A program made the position numbers and the translations under genes. Under the pieces are notes generated by a model. The model did no database searches and had not been told where the DNA came from. It was given only the letters and a program-made list of their open reading frames with translations. Below, in pieces: positions 46,000 to 61,597 of a DNA stretch of 64,000 bases. Source of the DNA: the human T2T-CHM13v2.0 reference genome, Homo sapiens; NCBI RefSeq assembly GCF_009914755.1, contig NC_060925.1; one strand, given 5' to 3'. The first letter of the stretch is position 1. Each line of letters begins with the position of its first letter.

Positions 46000-48030
46000 T
46001 TTCTCTCTTATTCATCACTCCCCTGCATATAACCTTGATTGTCTTGCCTTTTATTGTATAAGTCTGAAAAATATGAACCCTGAATGAATCCAACTGTCTT
46101 TGTACTCAGCATCTACACCTGTACTGCTGTTCACACTAGAGAAAAACACACAATCATGATCACTGACCCACTGGAATTCATAATCCTTTCACTCTGCTGT
46201 TTTCCTAGGTAACTATTTCCTGCTCCCTTCTTAAACTTAAAGCACCCTCTCATCCATCTTCACTCTCAGCTTATGGCCCTGCTTATTTCACTAAGGAAAT
46301 AGGAACAATTGAAATAAAAATGCTACATACTTTCTCTACCACATTTACCCAGTTAATTTCAACTATGCCAATAAACCCTACATCACTCATAAAGTGATGC
46401 TGTGGTCCTATCAAATGTGAAACCCTCCATTGCATAGTTCATTCTCTCCCATTTATTTAATCGCTCAATTATCTGTCTAGCAATTCTCCTCTTTCCCTTT
46501 TGTACACCATCAATTTTCCCTCTTTACTGGATCGTTTTGAATATCGTAAAAATAGGATATAATTTTCGTATCTCTAAAAAATCTCTCTGAACTCTACTCC
46601 CTCTCCAGTAAGCACCCCTCCAGCATCTTATTCCTGGGCTTTTTCTTCCTAACAAAACGACTTAGAATAGTTGTGTATAATTGCTATCTTTAATTCTCTC
46701 CTTTTATTCTCTTATTTTAGGACTTTTTGTTTAAAAACTCAAACATACACAAAAGTAGAAAGAATAGTTTGATTAAATCTTGCTTTCATATCACTCAGAT
46801 GTAATAATTATTGCCATTTGCCATACTGCCTACATCTACCTTCTCTTTTCTTTGTTCTTTAGCTAAAGCATATAAAAGCAAATTTTGGACATAATCTTAT
46901 TCTACTCCTCTACTCAAGCTTTTGCCGTCACCACTTCACCATAACTGCTCTTGTCAATGTGAACCATGACCTTTACATTGTGAAGTCCAATGGTTAATTC
47001 TCACTTCTCCTCATACTAGACTGTGATGGTTAATTTTATGTGTCAGTTTGACTGGGCTGAGGGATGCTCAGACACCTGGTGAAATGTTATCTCTGGATGT
47101 GTCTTTGAGAGTGCTTTGGTACTATTGGTGCTGTTTTTCTAGAGGATCTTGACTAATACCTCTGCTCATCAGCAGCATTTTACAAAGTTGATGACCTGCC
47201 TTGTTGAAACATTTCCTGCACTTGACTCGGATGCATCCTATGGCTCTGGTTTTCCTCCTGTTACACTAGACTCTCCTTTTCAATTTCATTTGCTGGCCTA
47301 TCTTTAAATGATGGAAGCTTCGAGATTGTTTCTTTACCTCCTCTGTTTTTTGCCTAGGCATATTCCTGGGTAATCAAATTCAATCTTCTGGGTTTAAATG
47401 ATGACTAAATATCTAATGATTTTCATAGTTATATCTCCAGTCAAGTCTTCTAAACCTGACTCATATGTTCTACAGTCTTGCAAGTATGATAAAGATGTCT
47501 AATAGGCATCTCATTTTAATGTCTCAAACTGAACTTGGGAGTTTCTTACCTGCTGCGGGCAAATCCCATCCTCTAAAATGCTCCTTAATTTTTAAAAATA
47601 GTATCTCCATTTGTATAGTTTCTCAGGCCCTGAAACCTTCTAGTAGTTGGTCAGGCCTAAACTCCTCCTTTTCCCACATGCAACATTCAATCTGTCACAA
47701 TACTTTTGATTCTACTTTTGAACTAGCATTTTATATCCCAAATCTGAATCTTTGCTTTTGGTTCTACCTTTGTACTGTCTTCTCTGCTACCACCCTGTTC
47801 CAAAACATTATCATCTCTCACCTGTATAATTGCAATGTGCATCCAAGTGGTCTCTCTGTATACTGCCCTTGCTCACCCCAGAGCAGATAGAGTGATCTTT
47901 GAATATGTACATAGGAATGTGTTATGTTCTCTCTATAATCTATAAACTGCACCATGTCACTCCTTGACTCTAATGGCTTTTTATTTCTGTCAAAAATAAA
48001 ACCCAATGTCTTACAAGACTTGTAAGTAAA
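46000..48030 (+). mobile_element. L2 LINE with nested small insertions
   Basis: ACTGCTCTTGTCAATGTGAACCATGACC...CAGCAGCATTT; GATGTCTAATAGGCATCTCA. Confidence 0.75.
47022..47159 (+). mobile_element. MLT2 LTR, internally deleted (both termini retained)
   Basis: TGTGATGGTTAATTTTATGTGTCAGTTTGACTGGGC start fused to CTATTGGT...GACTAATAC end. Confidence 0.8.
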
Positions 48031-48989
48031 GTGAGAATACATTTATCCCCCAGACCAGGACACTTTGGGGACTGAAGGAGGATGATCATACTAATTAAAT
48101 TGATATGATTCTGAAATGTGCATTTATGAATATGTAAATTAATTATATTAGTAGATGTGAAATAATTATATTCAAGAAATGTTTGAAACTAAAATTTTCT
48201 TCAAAAACAATGTTTGTGAAAGCAACATTAGAAACCAAATATCTTATTTAAAAATTAACATAATCTGAATAATTATTCTCAGTCCACTTTCCCCCACTTT
48301 AGTCATGACTTAGCTATAAATATCTCTAATATTATGTCACTGGTATTTTTTTCTAAAAAATATATGTTTTAAGCATGGCTTTATCAAGTTTTTAAAAAAT
48401 AATATTACCTTCAAATATTATTCAAATTTGCATTGTTTGGTTAATTTGAAGGTGATTATACTTTCAATGTAGTCCTGTTAGCAAGCTGGGTTTTCAATAA
48501 TTTTGATTTGCTAAGATCTTCAGATCTGAAATTTTGGCAACAGCTCCATTTGTTGAGTAACTTCCTTAAATATTTCTTGTTTAAAGTAGATGGTAGAGAA
48601 TCTCAGTATATTTTTCTTCTGGTTTTCATGTGGTCAATGATATCATTACGGTACCCATGGGGGATGGCAAGTGTTTACAAATAGCCACAAGAGCAATGTT
48701 GCTTTACAAATATCATACATGTTTAAAAATGTGGGAGCTTAGGACACAGCAAAAATCTATGAATGAGTGCCCAAAGAATACCGTGTTCTTCCATAATACC
48801 ATAATTATAAGAAAAAACATCTTATTCTACAGGACCAATCATAGAAAAAGAAAAAAAAAAGGTCATGGTTTGGTATGACCAAGCCATGGTTTATGTATGT
48901 CCAGAAAATTATAGCTAGAGTTAATTTTTATGTGGTATTTAGTTTGTTCCCAGTATTATTTAAAATATTTTACATATATTAATATATGT

Positions 48990-49125
48990 AATTTTTATAA
49001 CAACTCTATGAATGAGGTTTTATTATCATTCCCATTTACAGGGGAGAAAATTGGTGGCCACAGAAGTTGAATAGCTTGTTCAGGATTACACAGCTAAAAT
49101 GTGGAGGACTTGTACTAAACCCAGG
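48990..49125 (-). mobile_element. MIR SINE
   Basis: TATTATCATTCCCATTTACAGGGGAGAAAATTGG. Confidence 0.7.
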
Positions 49126-49492
49126 TGCTAGGGACCAAAATTCACTTGTGGAAGCCCCACTCTCTAATGTGACAGGGTGTGGAGGTAGAGACTTTAGGAG
49201 GTAATTAAAGTTAAATGAGGTCATAAGGGAAGGACCTAATTTGATGGTATTTCTGTCTTTATAAGAGGAGAAGGACATATCGGAGAGGATTCAATCTTTC
49301 TCTACCATATGAGGACACAGTGCGAAGGCAGACCACTTTAAGCCAGGAAGAGAGCTCTCACCAGGAACTGAATTGGCTGGCCCCCTGATTTCAGAATTCC
49401 CAGCTTCCCAAACTGTGGGAAATACATTTCTATTGTTTAAGTCAACCTGTCTCTAGTGTTTTGTTATGGCAGTCCAAGCAGACTGCCATACA
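49126..49492 (+). mobile_element. MLT1A-type LTR
   Basis: TAATTAAAGTTAAATGAGGTCATAAGGG; AAATACATTTCTATTGTTTAAG...TTTGTTATGGCAG. Confidence 0.82.
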
Positions 49493-49624
49493 CCAGGCAC
49501 CTTGGTCCCAGAGTCTGTGGCTCTACTTGATAAAAACTTCCAGGTACAACAGTGATTTATCTAGGCCTTCTCAAACTTGTCTTCTAAGGTATCTAAGACA
49601 GCACTGTTAAATGAGCATTTCCAC

Positions 49625-50061
49625 ATGAATTTGTAACCTAGGGCTACCATAACAAAGTACCACAAACTGGGTGGGTTAAAACAACAGAAATTGACTCTCA
49701 TATTTTAGAAGGCTAGAAGTCTGGAATCAAGGTATAAATAGGGCCATGATTCCTTTGAAGAGGGATCTAGTGAAGAATTCTTCCTTGTTTTTTCCAACTT
49801 CTTTTGGACCCAGGAGTTCCTTGACTTGTGAGAGCATAACTCCAATTTCTGTCTCCATTGTCACTTGATCTCATGTCTTTCTGTGTGCCCTCTTCTTTTC
49901 TTACAAGGATGCTGGTCATCAGATTTAAAGCCTACTTTAATCCAGGGGGAACTCATCTTAACTTAGTTATATCTGCAAAGAAATTATTTTCAAAAAAGAC
50001 CACATTTTGAGGTTGCAGTGAAACAATAATTTTCAGGGGACACTGGTCAGCTCACTACCAT
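49625..50061 (-). mobile_element. MLT1B/C-type LTR
   Basis: CCTAGGGCTACCATAACAAAGTACCACAAACTGGGTGG. Confidence 0.82.
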
Positions 50062-51839
50062 ATCTCTAGGAAACTGAGAGATACAGTTAAACACTACTTG
50101 AAACTTTCTCTCAAAAGGAAATCAAGAAAGAGGCCATTGTAAATGAGCCCATTTCTCTTGATCTTCCCTCTGGATTTGCTCTTGAGAAGGATTAGGCTGG
50201 TTTCCAACCTCTTCTCTCCAAACAAGAAATAAACTTTCATATTTTCTGTGTCTTGAAGAAGGCATTGTAGGATTCAAGGGCTGTGTATGAGCTTGAAGAA
50301 GCCACTTTTAGAATTAATTTAAAATGGGGTTACTCTGTTACATGTGAATCTAGAATACTCTAACTCTTAAGCAATTATAGTGTCAAAGAAGCTGATTGAG
50401 CTTTAGGAAACAGCAATATTTAGGTTTGTTGATGAGTTTTTCTCTTCCTAACGAATACTAAAAAAAACTATAAGCATTATTTACGAGGAATCATTCTGAA
50501 AGCATTGCTATTGATACTTTTCATTATTGGGTTGGAATATACATATACATTGCTATGAAAGATAGTTTGCACATCATCCATTTATTTTATCAGTTCCAAG
50601 ATATAATAAGAACAAAAGAAATTGACTTTGGAACAATTTGGAACTTTAAAAGATTTTGAGAATATCAAGGAAATTTAGGAGCTTAGGGGAAAAGGTCTGC
50701 AGTTCACAATTAATTATAGATTTTAACATAATACTTCAAAATATCTGTGTGTAGGTGAATATCTTGAATTTTGGAACATGGCGAGGAAAGACAAAAGTCA
50801 CAATGGCAGACCAAACAAATCTCACAGCAAAATGTAGTAAGTTGTTCTGGATGGGCAAGGCCAAGGCTATAGGTTCGTTACTAGATGCTGTTAGGCAATA
50901 TCATTTTTTGAAAAACTTGCCTGTTGGAGCTGAGAAGCACTTCCACAGTTTGAAGCTATGGATTTACATGAAAGGCCAAATAACTCTTTAGAAGGTGGCA
51001 TGTGGGTAATTATGAGAACCCTGATCTCTTTTGCCCTACTGAAGTTACATATATATATATATATGTAATCTAATAGGGTGAGTCCAGACAATGCCAGAAT
51101 ATTGGAAAGGGAAAAAGAAGGCCCTAAGAAGAGCCGTGTCTGGAAAGGGTGTGGACTGCTGAAAGGGGCTGCAGCAGTGGCTGGCCCATCAGAGGGAACA
51201 GGGATAGGCTGATTTGAGGGATTAGTCAGATCTAGCGTATTCTTTAAGGAGAAAGACAGGTGTGTGAATTGAAAGTGCTGTGCCACTAAAGAGTATAATA
51301 TTTTGGGTCCAGGTAGCTTTGTTGTGGTTAGCCTCTGTCTGAATGTATGTGAGGAGAGTACATCCTTCTCTTTGACCTACGAAACCAAGGAAACAGCATG
51401 TTTTATATCTCAAAGGACTGCTGGCATTTTTAGATGGGCTATCAAAGACGCTGGATATTTGGCTCCACTGTTAGCCGTGAAAGTCCATTGGGGGTAATAG
51501 CAGCAGGCTATAAGGCCAGAGGCAAATGGAATGGCCTGGGGGAGTGTGGGACACCATCAATTGTAGAGTTCAGCCTTGAGTGATGCCATTGGCAACAGGG
51601 GATCTCTGACAAGGACTGATTTATGAACAGAGTGCAAGCAGCTCTGGGGATTTGTGTAAATATTTATATAGAATAGAATTCCGGAAGGAATGGAAATTAC
51701 CTCAGGTAAAGGGACAGTGGATTTAAGATATTATAATAATGTAAACATAAATATAAATGACTCCTCACTTTTGCCATTGGGTTAGCGAAGCATGAGGAAG
51801 TTTTCAGTGTCAACAACGTGTATTAAGCCAGTGTCAAGG

Positions 51840-52070
51840 TGGATAAATAGCTCAGAAGTTGGAGTCAGGCTTGCGGTTTAAGGCCTGGTGCTACTATTTA
51901 GTAGCTTTGTGATTTTTGCAAAAGTTAATTAATATCTCATGCCTCATTTTTCATATCTGCAGAATGGGAGCACAATAGTGCCTACCTCATGGGGTTGTTG
52001 TGAGATTTTTAGATTATTTGTGAAGCATTTAAACAATGCCTGACCCATGTACATGCTATATACTATTTAG
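51840..52070 (+). mobile_element. MIR SINE
   Basis: GCCTCATTTTTCATATCTGCAGAATGGG...CCTACCTCATGGGGTTGTTGTGAG. Confidence 0.8.
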
Positions 52071-52654
52071 ATAAAAACCAAGGAAATAGAAGAGAATGAG
52101 AAGAGTTAAGAGTGCTGTTTCTAAAAACTGAAAATAATAGTGGGAGAGGCCGAATTCATTTGCATTTCAGGGGCACTATTTATCCACTGCACGAACATTA
52201 AGTGAATATCACCTGTGTGTCAGACACAATTCCCTAATAAGCTCCAGCATAGGTGAGCCAATGAGAGAGGAGCACTTGTTTCTGTTGGTTTCCATTATTC
52301 AGAAGAACTTCACCAGGACAAAACATGTAGTTCTCTGGCCTAAAAAATGACTCTAAGGGCTCTGTCCAAGATTCTCTTCTGAGGATGCTTAGGGCATTGC
52401 TAGACATTGAGAGGCAGTAGTAGAATGATATTAGAAATTGGCTATGGCACCAGACAGAAGGAATCCCTGTTTAATAGGGTTTCTGTGAGTTTTAAATAAA
52501 GAAATCTGTGTACAAAGTCTAATAATAGGCACATTGTTGGCCACTGACATTAGGAAGTTGCATTTCTTCAATAATTCTTCTCTGCTATTTCTCTAAGATA
52601 TTCAGCATCAATCAAATACACAGCACCACTGACAAGTGCTTTGGGGATGCAGCA

Positions 52655-52910
52655 AATCATAATGGCTAAGCCGTCAGGCTCTGGAGACCTATTTTCTTGT
52701 ATTCAAATCCCTGCTCCGCCTCTTACTAAGTGTGTGACCATGGGCAGAGTCTACGCTTCAGTTCCATCATCTGTTAAGTGGGAATAATTACTGTTCCCGC
52801 TCCACAGGATGGCTATGAAGATTCAATGAGTTAATACATGTGAAACCCCCAGAACATTGCCTGCTGCATAGTAAGTAGCATTAATAGATGTTAACTGCTA
52901 TTATCAATAT
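52655..52910 (+). mobile_element. MIR SINE, near full length
   Basis: TTCAAATCCC...TGTGTGACCATGGGCA...CAGTTCCATCATCTGTTAAGTGGG. Confidence 0.85.
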
Positions 52911-53184
52911 AATAAGAGCATGATAAAACACTAGAAAAAGAAATACTATCAGGAAAAATTTCACAGAACTTCTAACAAAGGTGACAAAGTCAGTTGCATT
53001 TTCTGCAAATGTTCTGATAGAAGAGTGTTATCACTACTCATGGTTCCAGTGGGACCATAGGCAAGAGAATGGTAGAGGAAGAATTTTGATGGCAGCAGTA
53101 ATGAAAGTTAAAGCAGGACGCTCACGAAGGATTTCCTAAATATATGAGATACTGAATCGAGGGCAGCAAGCTTATTGAAAACCC

Positions 53185-53670
53185 TACCAGCTCTTGAGTC
53201 TGAAACCCTGTCTCCTTTCCATGGCCTTCAAAGTCCTGCTCGGTCAGCTTTCCTGTCTAGCCCTCTAACCTCTTTTCCCAGTCTCACAGCCACCACCCTA
53301 CACTGTGATCTAGCATTTATTTTTTCCTTAAGTATGCCAATTCTAAATTCATTCCAGTCCCAGATTTTTGCACTTGAAATTGCCTCTGTTAAATGCTCAG
53401 CCTCTGGGCTTTTCATGCCTGGCTCCTGCTCACCACTCAGGTCTTGTCTCATGTTACATCTCAATTTCCCTGACTACCTATTTGAAAGTCTTCAGCAGAC
53501 TCTAGTTACTTTCAATCTCACCACCTTGCTCTCTTTTATTCTTTGTACTTATCACTGTATAAAATTATCTTATTTGCCTACTTGTATCATGAAAGCAAGG
53601 ACTTTATCTCAACCACAATTATTCCTATGTTCTAGAACAGCACTTGTCACGTAGTAGGAGATCAGTAACT
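53185..53670 (+). mobile_element. L2 3' end
   Basis: TCTAGAACAGCACTTGTCACGTAGTAGG; tail ATTTGTTAAATGAATGAA resumes at 53830. Confidence 0.75.
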
Positions 53671-53677
53671 ATTTGTT

Positions 53678-53830
53678 TTTTTATTTTGTTTTGTATTATA
53701 TATATATATATATTTTTATGATTCTTTAAGTTCTAGGGTACATGTGCACAATGCGCAGGTTTGTTACATATGTATACATGTGTCATGTTGGTGTGCTGCA
53801 CCCATTAACTAGTCATTTACATTAGGTATA
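53678..53830 (-). mobile_element. Short L1PA 3' tail
   Basis: TTTAAGTTCTAGGGTACATGTGCACAA...CATTTACATTAGGTATAT; TSD TATTTGTT. Confidence 0.9.
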
Positions 53831-54224
53831 TTTGTTAAATGAATGAAAAGTGTGCTGGCTGCTGAGAGGAAGGGAGCTGGAATTTTTAAGCAGAATCTTC
53901 GGAGCCTGCAGCTGAATAGGCTGACAAATGTAGGGACAGATAGGGACAGACAGTTTCAGGTCTTCTCATTTCCAGAATGAAGTTTACTGGTCATATATGA
54001 GGTTTTTGGGCTTATCTAAAAATGTGAGTGCAAATCTGTAATTCTCCAGGTATAGTTTAGACTGAATTTGATATGTTCATATCCATCTTTTCTCCTCTTT
54101 CCATTCATATATTAAAATATAGGACTAAAACAAGATCAAATTGATGAATAAAAAAAAGAAAGAGTTTAGGACCTGTCTTGGTTTTATATGTATTTTTAGC
54201 ATTTTGTTAATATAGTATTTCAAA

Positions 54225-54570
54225 TCCATAGATAACAGATTGGGTATTCAACAAATGATGCTGAGAAAACTAGTTAGCCTTTGGGAGAGAAATGTAGTGA
54301 AAATCCATACCTTGCTGAAATCAATTTCAGATAGAGCAATGAATTTCATATTAAAAAGTAAAAGTCTGACAACAGTTGAAGAAAATAAAAGTGAGTATTT
54401 GGAATCTTTGTAGAGGACAACTTTCTATGCATGACCTAAAGCCAGAAACTATAAAGGAAATGGCTGATAGAGTTCCCTACATAAACGTTAAAAGTTTCTG
54501 TAAGGAATAATAGGTTCTATAAATAAAATTAAGAAACATAACAAACTGGAAAATAAATTTACAAAATAAC
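54225..54570 (+). mobile_element. Old L1M ORF2 fragment
   Basis: TATTCAACAAATGATGCTGAGAAAACTAG. Confidence 0.65.
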
Positions 54571-55805
54571 CTTAATATATTTAGACATTTGTTTACAAAC
54601 CCTTTCCCCCGCCCCACACAGACACTACCATGCAGTAAGAGGGTGTCTAGCCTTCTTAAGGCAGACTGGACTGATGGCCCACCTCTTAATCATTTCCTTT
54701 CCCTCTCATTTCCTCTTTGCCCATGCAGCCAAAATTCCCCACTATAAAGGCTGAGTTGTCCCCAGAAACATGCTTTGGGGCATTCCTGTGGCTAGGTTGA
54801 AAGCATGTGACTCAATCATAGTTAGTGGGATCTGAGTTGAGGTCTTCTGGGCCTCCTAGGAAGTACTTTTTCCTCTAATTAAAAGAGGCTCATAGTAGGA
54901 AATACCCCTTTTGTATTTAATATGTAACCGTACATTGTCATGTCTAACTGGGAGCAGATTTTGCTACATTTTGCTACGTTTGCCAAAAATTTCAAGCCTA
55001 AAGACCAAGACTACTTGCCAAGAAATTCAACTCCATATTTAAGTTGAGAAGTAATTAATCATACCAAAAGCTGAACATGATTTCATGCTTCATCATTGTT
55101 TCAGATATTAAATCAGCTTTTTTTTTTTCTACTCTAGAAGCATAGGCAGGCTACAACTATCAACAGTCTTGGAAGTTTTTTTTTTTAACATGTCCAATAT
55201 TTGAATTAATATTCAGAAGCCTCAGCAAATTAGTCTATTGTTTGTGGATCTGCTGCCAACCAGCCCATACAGTGTGTGTAGTTGACAGTTTCTGAGTTTT
55301 CCAACAACCAACTCACATAATAGGCAGTGTTCAGGGCATCTGGCCTGGCAATCAAGTTAAATGATAAAATAAGTATCTACTGTCCTCAGCAAGACTGTTG
55401 TATCTAACTTCTCACACTGATTCCCGTGTAAGTTAAAGATCCAATTGTCTTCTTCTCTGGCCATCTATGCTCTATTGTTCCATGCTTTCTACAACATTCT
55501 GCACGACTTTGCCCCTGGGCTACACTCCTGCACCTACTAAACCCTTCACTGTATCCTCTGAACTTGCTCCTCCGTAATTGGAGATCTCCATTGTGTCTTT
55601 GACTTTTTATCTCAGTGTTCACACCATCTTCTTGTTTTAACTATAAACGGCTTCCTTCCTAAGGACACCACTTGTGCCTTTTTCTTTTAACTTTTTCTCG
55701 TCTTGCATAACTCATGACCAGGGATTAAGCTAGTGTGTCCTCATTGATCTCCATTATCATCTCCAGCCCATTCCTTTTCCACTCTTGTATAAAACACTAA
55801 TTCTT

Positions 55806-56093
<288 letters not shown>

Positions 56094-56749
56094 GAAACAC
56101 TAGTTCTTTTAGCTCAAGCCCATGTATTGAAGACTGTCACCTAGTTTGCTGCCATCATACTGCATATCTTCAGAACAAGCAAGAGGAATCCTTCAGGATC
56201 CAGGCTTCTGTATCCTGACCTCTTTTTCTCCCATGACTTTCTCCTTCACTCCACTTTAAAAATCTGCTCCAGTAGTCATTCCTAACAACACGCCATCACC
56301 TCTATTTTTTTTTCCTTCAAAATAAGTAATTTAAACCTCATACACTCTTTACCATATTCTCCTATATGTTCTGTGTATTTATTCAACTATCCCTTTTGCA
56401 ACTGATGGACACCATCTGTGTCACTTGTCACTTCTTGTGCATACTCATTCCTTTGTCAACAGCTACATTTCCTGACTCTTGAACGAGGTTACATTCCGTG
56501 ATTCATCATTTCAACAACACCCTTGCCAGCGTCTTAAATTTCCTTTCTCTCTGTTTTTCTTTTTCATCACATGTACTTGGAAATGTTCCAAATCAGATCA
56601 GCCTGACTGTTTAATTTGTTCTGCTTCATTGTATTAGTTAGCCATTAGCTGCTTCTAGCTTCATGCCCCCGCCTTCTTTCCCTCCTCAAAGTTTATTATC
56701 CAAACTTCTCAACATAATTCTCTAAAATTATCCATTTTAACCTTCAACC

Positions 56750-57900
<1,151 letters not shown>

Positions 57901-57949
57901 TTGGTTGTTTCTTATCAGTGACTTAAGTCACATATATTTTCTAAAATTC

Positions 57950-58400
57950 TAACTTTTTATATAATAGTACATTGATAACATCCTTTTACTTTATTTAAAA
58001 TATCATAAAGGAAAATTGACTTTCAATTTTGGTTTTCAGTTACATGAATTTTATCACATGTGTGGTTTCTACTATAATCAAGATACAAAACAGGTGCATC
58101 ATTCCAAAAAACCTTCCTCAAGCTTCCACTCCATGGTTATACCCTCCTTTCATCCCTTTCTACTGGCAACAACTGATCTGTTTTCCATAAATATAATTTT
58201 GCCTCTTTAGGAATGTCTTACAAAAGAAATTATTCAAAATGTAACCCTTTAAAACTGAATTCTGTCATTCAGCCTTTCTCATATGAATTATTATGTGCAC
58301 TGATAGTTTGCTCATATGTATAGCTGAGTAGTATTCTATCATGTGGGTGTACAAGAGTTTGCTTATCCATTCAACATTTGGGTTATTTTCAGATTTTAAT
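57950..58400 (-). mobile_element. L1MC/MB-type 3' end
   Basis: CTGGCAACAACTGATCTGTTTTCCAT; GCTGAGTAGTATTCTAT. Confidence 0.7.
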
Positions 58401-59329
58401 TTATTAATTACTATACTGTCTCTTTTGTATAACTTCTATATTTTTAAGTTCCATAGAGTGTCACTCACTTTTTCTATTATTATAGGAAAGGATAATTAAA
58501 GGAAGATTTTTATTTTTTATATAACTACTTCATAAAGTTGTGTGAAATAAAATTTTTTTACAATAAGGACAGGCTACTTTAAATTCTTTTAGTTCACAAT
58601 ATGTCTGTAATCCTTGATTTACAACTTGGTAGGTACAAAATGCTCTTCCATTTAAGATATTGTTTTGAGACCAATGTAGAGAGAAAACTACAAATACGCT
58701 ACATTATAGATATCTAAAATATTCTTGCTTTACTTCCCTTCAAAGCCTTTAAGTCTTTTTGCATAAGTACCTGTGTAATTCTTTTCACATTAAGACAATT
58801 ATTTCATGAATAAACTCATGTTCAGAGCCCTGAAGATAGTGGGTTGTTTCTTCATGAAACTTTCATATTTTTGTAGTTGAGGTTGCCTCTTATTTGCCTT
58901 TCATATATCTAGAAATTTGCTAAATAAAATTTGTTTAAGTATATATAAAGGTCCTAATATTTTGTGAGAATTTTTTTTAACTTCATGACAACCCTGAAGG
59001 TAGAATGCTCTTGAGATATAGCAAAACATTGTGGGAATCAACCATTTATTTAACTCAATGTAGTAATATCCCAGGAAAACTTGGAGGTCCACAAAAGGAG
59101 GAACCACCTCCAGGTATATGCAGTACATACTATGTGTGTGTAAGAGTTTGTGTGTTTATGTGCGTGTATGCATGTGTGCCTGCCTGAGCACATATGAGAG
59201 AGACAAAGAGAGAGACAGGGGTGGAGATGTGATAACCAGCACCAGATGAAGATAGATATAGTGAAGAGTTTAAGGAAACTTTACAAATTTTATCTTGGGG
59301 GTGAGAAATTTACTGCTTGGAAAATTTCT

Positions 59330-59605
59330 TTTTATATATATATATATAAAGATATATAAGTATATATATATCTTTATATATATGACTATATATATGACAA
59401 TTTGACTAAAAGCTTATAATATGACAATATATCTTTATATCTTTATATCAATATATCTTTATATATTTATATCAATATATCTTTATATATATGACAATTT
59501 TGACTAAAAGCTTACCTTTTATATATTTATATATCTATGTAAATATATATTTATATGTTTAAAGATATATATATATAAAAGGTAAGCTTTTAGTCAAAAT
59601 TGTCA
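59330..59605. repeat. TA-rich tract with nested direct and inverted repeats
   Basis: Perfect 35-bp inverted arms 59492-59526 and 59571-59605; extra partial arm at ~59395-59416. Confidence 0.9.
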
Positions 59606-61287
59606 CTTTGTTGAGAGTTTTGGCTCCAACACTGTTAGACCAACAAGACTTCCTTCTCTTGGTACTTGTTGATCTGCATAGAACTTTACTTGATTACTTT
59701 TGAAGAAGGAAGAAGTTTGGTTGGAGTATGTGGCAAAGGGAGAGAGAGAAAAATGAAAGTGAAAGCAGATGGTTTGGCATTTGTCTTCTATCAGCATTCA
59801 TACATTGGTTTGAGCCCTAACCCTTTGAATATTGGGAGTTACAAACATGAGAAATATTTTTGTTTTTGCACTTGAAGAAATTTAAGTAGAAGTGTACTTT
59901 TTTCATGGTCCAGGAGAAAAGTGTTATTTTCTCCCCTTTGCCTGGAGCTTGGTTTCTTTAGAACCCCCAAAATGGTGACTGGAAGTATTGGAAAATTGTT
60001 CATTGGGTATATTCGTCAAGGGTACTTTCAACTATAGTGTCAAAGAAGTACCCTCAAAATCTCCAGGCTATGACTGTGGACAATAAGTCAGAGAAGGAAA
60101 GCAAGACACAGCATGGTGATTTTTACTTATATGTGATCTAGTTTGAATCTTCACATTTTCCAGAAATGACTGTGGGAGAACTGGAGAAATATGCTACAGA
60201 AGAAGGCAAGGAATAAGAGTACAGATGGAGTTCAGAAACATAACATTTTAGGCTTATATACTAATGTCCCTCATTTGTACCCATTGGATGATAAGGCCAG
60301 GAAAAAATATGTAATCACACTCTTACATATGATACAGACGTGTGATGTATAATGGTAGAGATGTATAAGTTAGACACACCCACTGGTGGTTAATCAACTA
60401 TTCTTATTTTTTTTAAACCAATTTGAATTGGTGATGGTCCATCTCCTTGGTCTCCATCCATATAATTTGAGGACTGGCCAATCTGTTTTCCCGAGGTACA
60501 TTAATGGAAATATAATCCATTTTAATGCATGGTTAAAGGACATCAAGAAAGCATATCCCTTATTCCTATATGTGGAGTAAAAGCTGCTCAGGGCTACTGT
60601 GTCCTCAGGATGCATGTGTGGAGTCACTATTAGTATTTAATAGAAGCTGGGCATGTGCATCAAGGAGACAATATTATAGTACCTGAGAATGTCAAAAGAG
60701 CTATATAATATTAGGGCTTTTCTTGTGGAATAGACATAAAAATGATTGAAATCCTAGTTTAAGGAAAAAAAACACATACTCATTTTAAATGTCTTCTTTG
60801 GTGGTATTTATAGAAACAGCTTTTATTCTTTTTCCAACAGCTTCCCTAACTGTGGAAAAAATAAATGATCTCAATATGATTCAATCTAATATAAAAACCC
60901 TTACCCTGCAACGTTCCAGATCTCATTCAAGTACAAATAACCATTTGCTTAGAATCTGGAAGAAAAGTAAAGGTTGTCTACACCTAAAATTTGCCTTAAA
61001 TTGACAGAATAAAAAGATTTGTTTGTGTATCTCTCTGCATATGTTTGTGCATATATGTGTGAAAACATCCTACAGAACATTAAGATACAGAGGTAAAACA
61101 ATCAGTGATCTAATTCAAATTAGAGATGTTTCATTTTCTAAGTCCTGGTTTGCTAAGAGACTGCCTTTTCAAGGTTGTTGGCCTATAAAAATAAAATAAA
61201 ATAAAATAAAATAAAATGCTGTATGTTTTAAGTCTGTCTTCTTAAATTTCCTCCCTCTTGTTCCAGCAAGATAAAAATAATTTAGTA

Positions 61288-61597
<310 letters not shown>

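Noticed and set aside
47465-47890. 141-aa ORF
   Set aside because: Within L2 sequence.
53175-53654. 159-aa ORF
   Set aside because: Lies within a decayed L2; non-ATG start and low-complexity composition.
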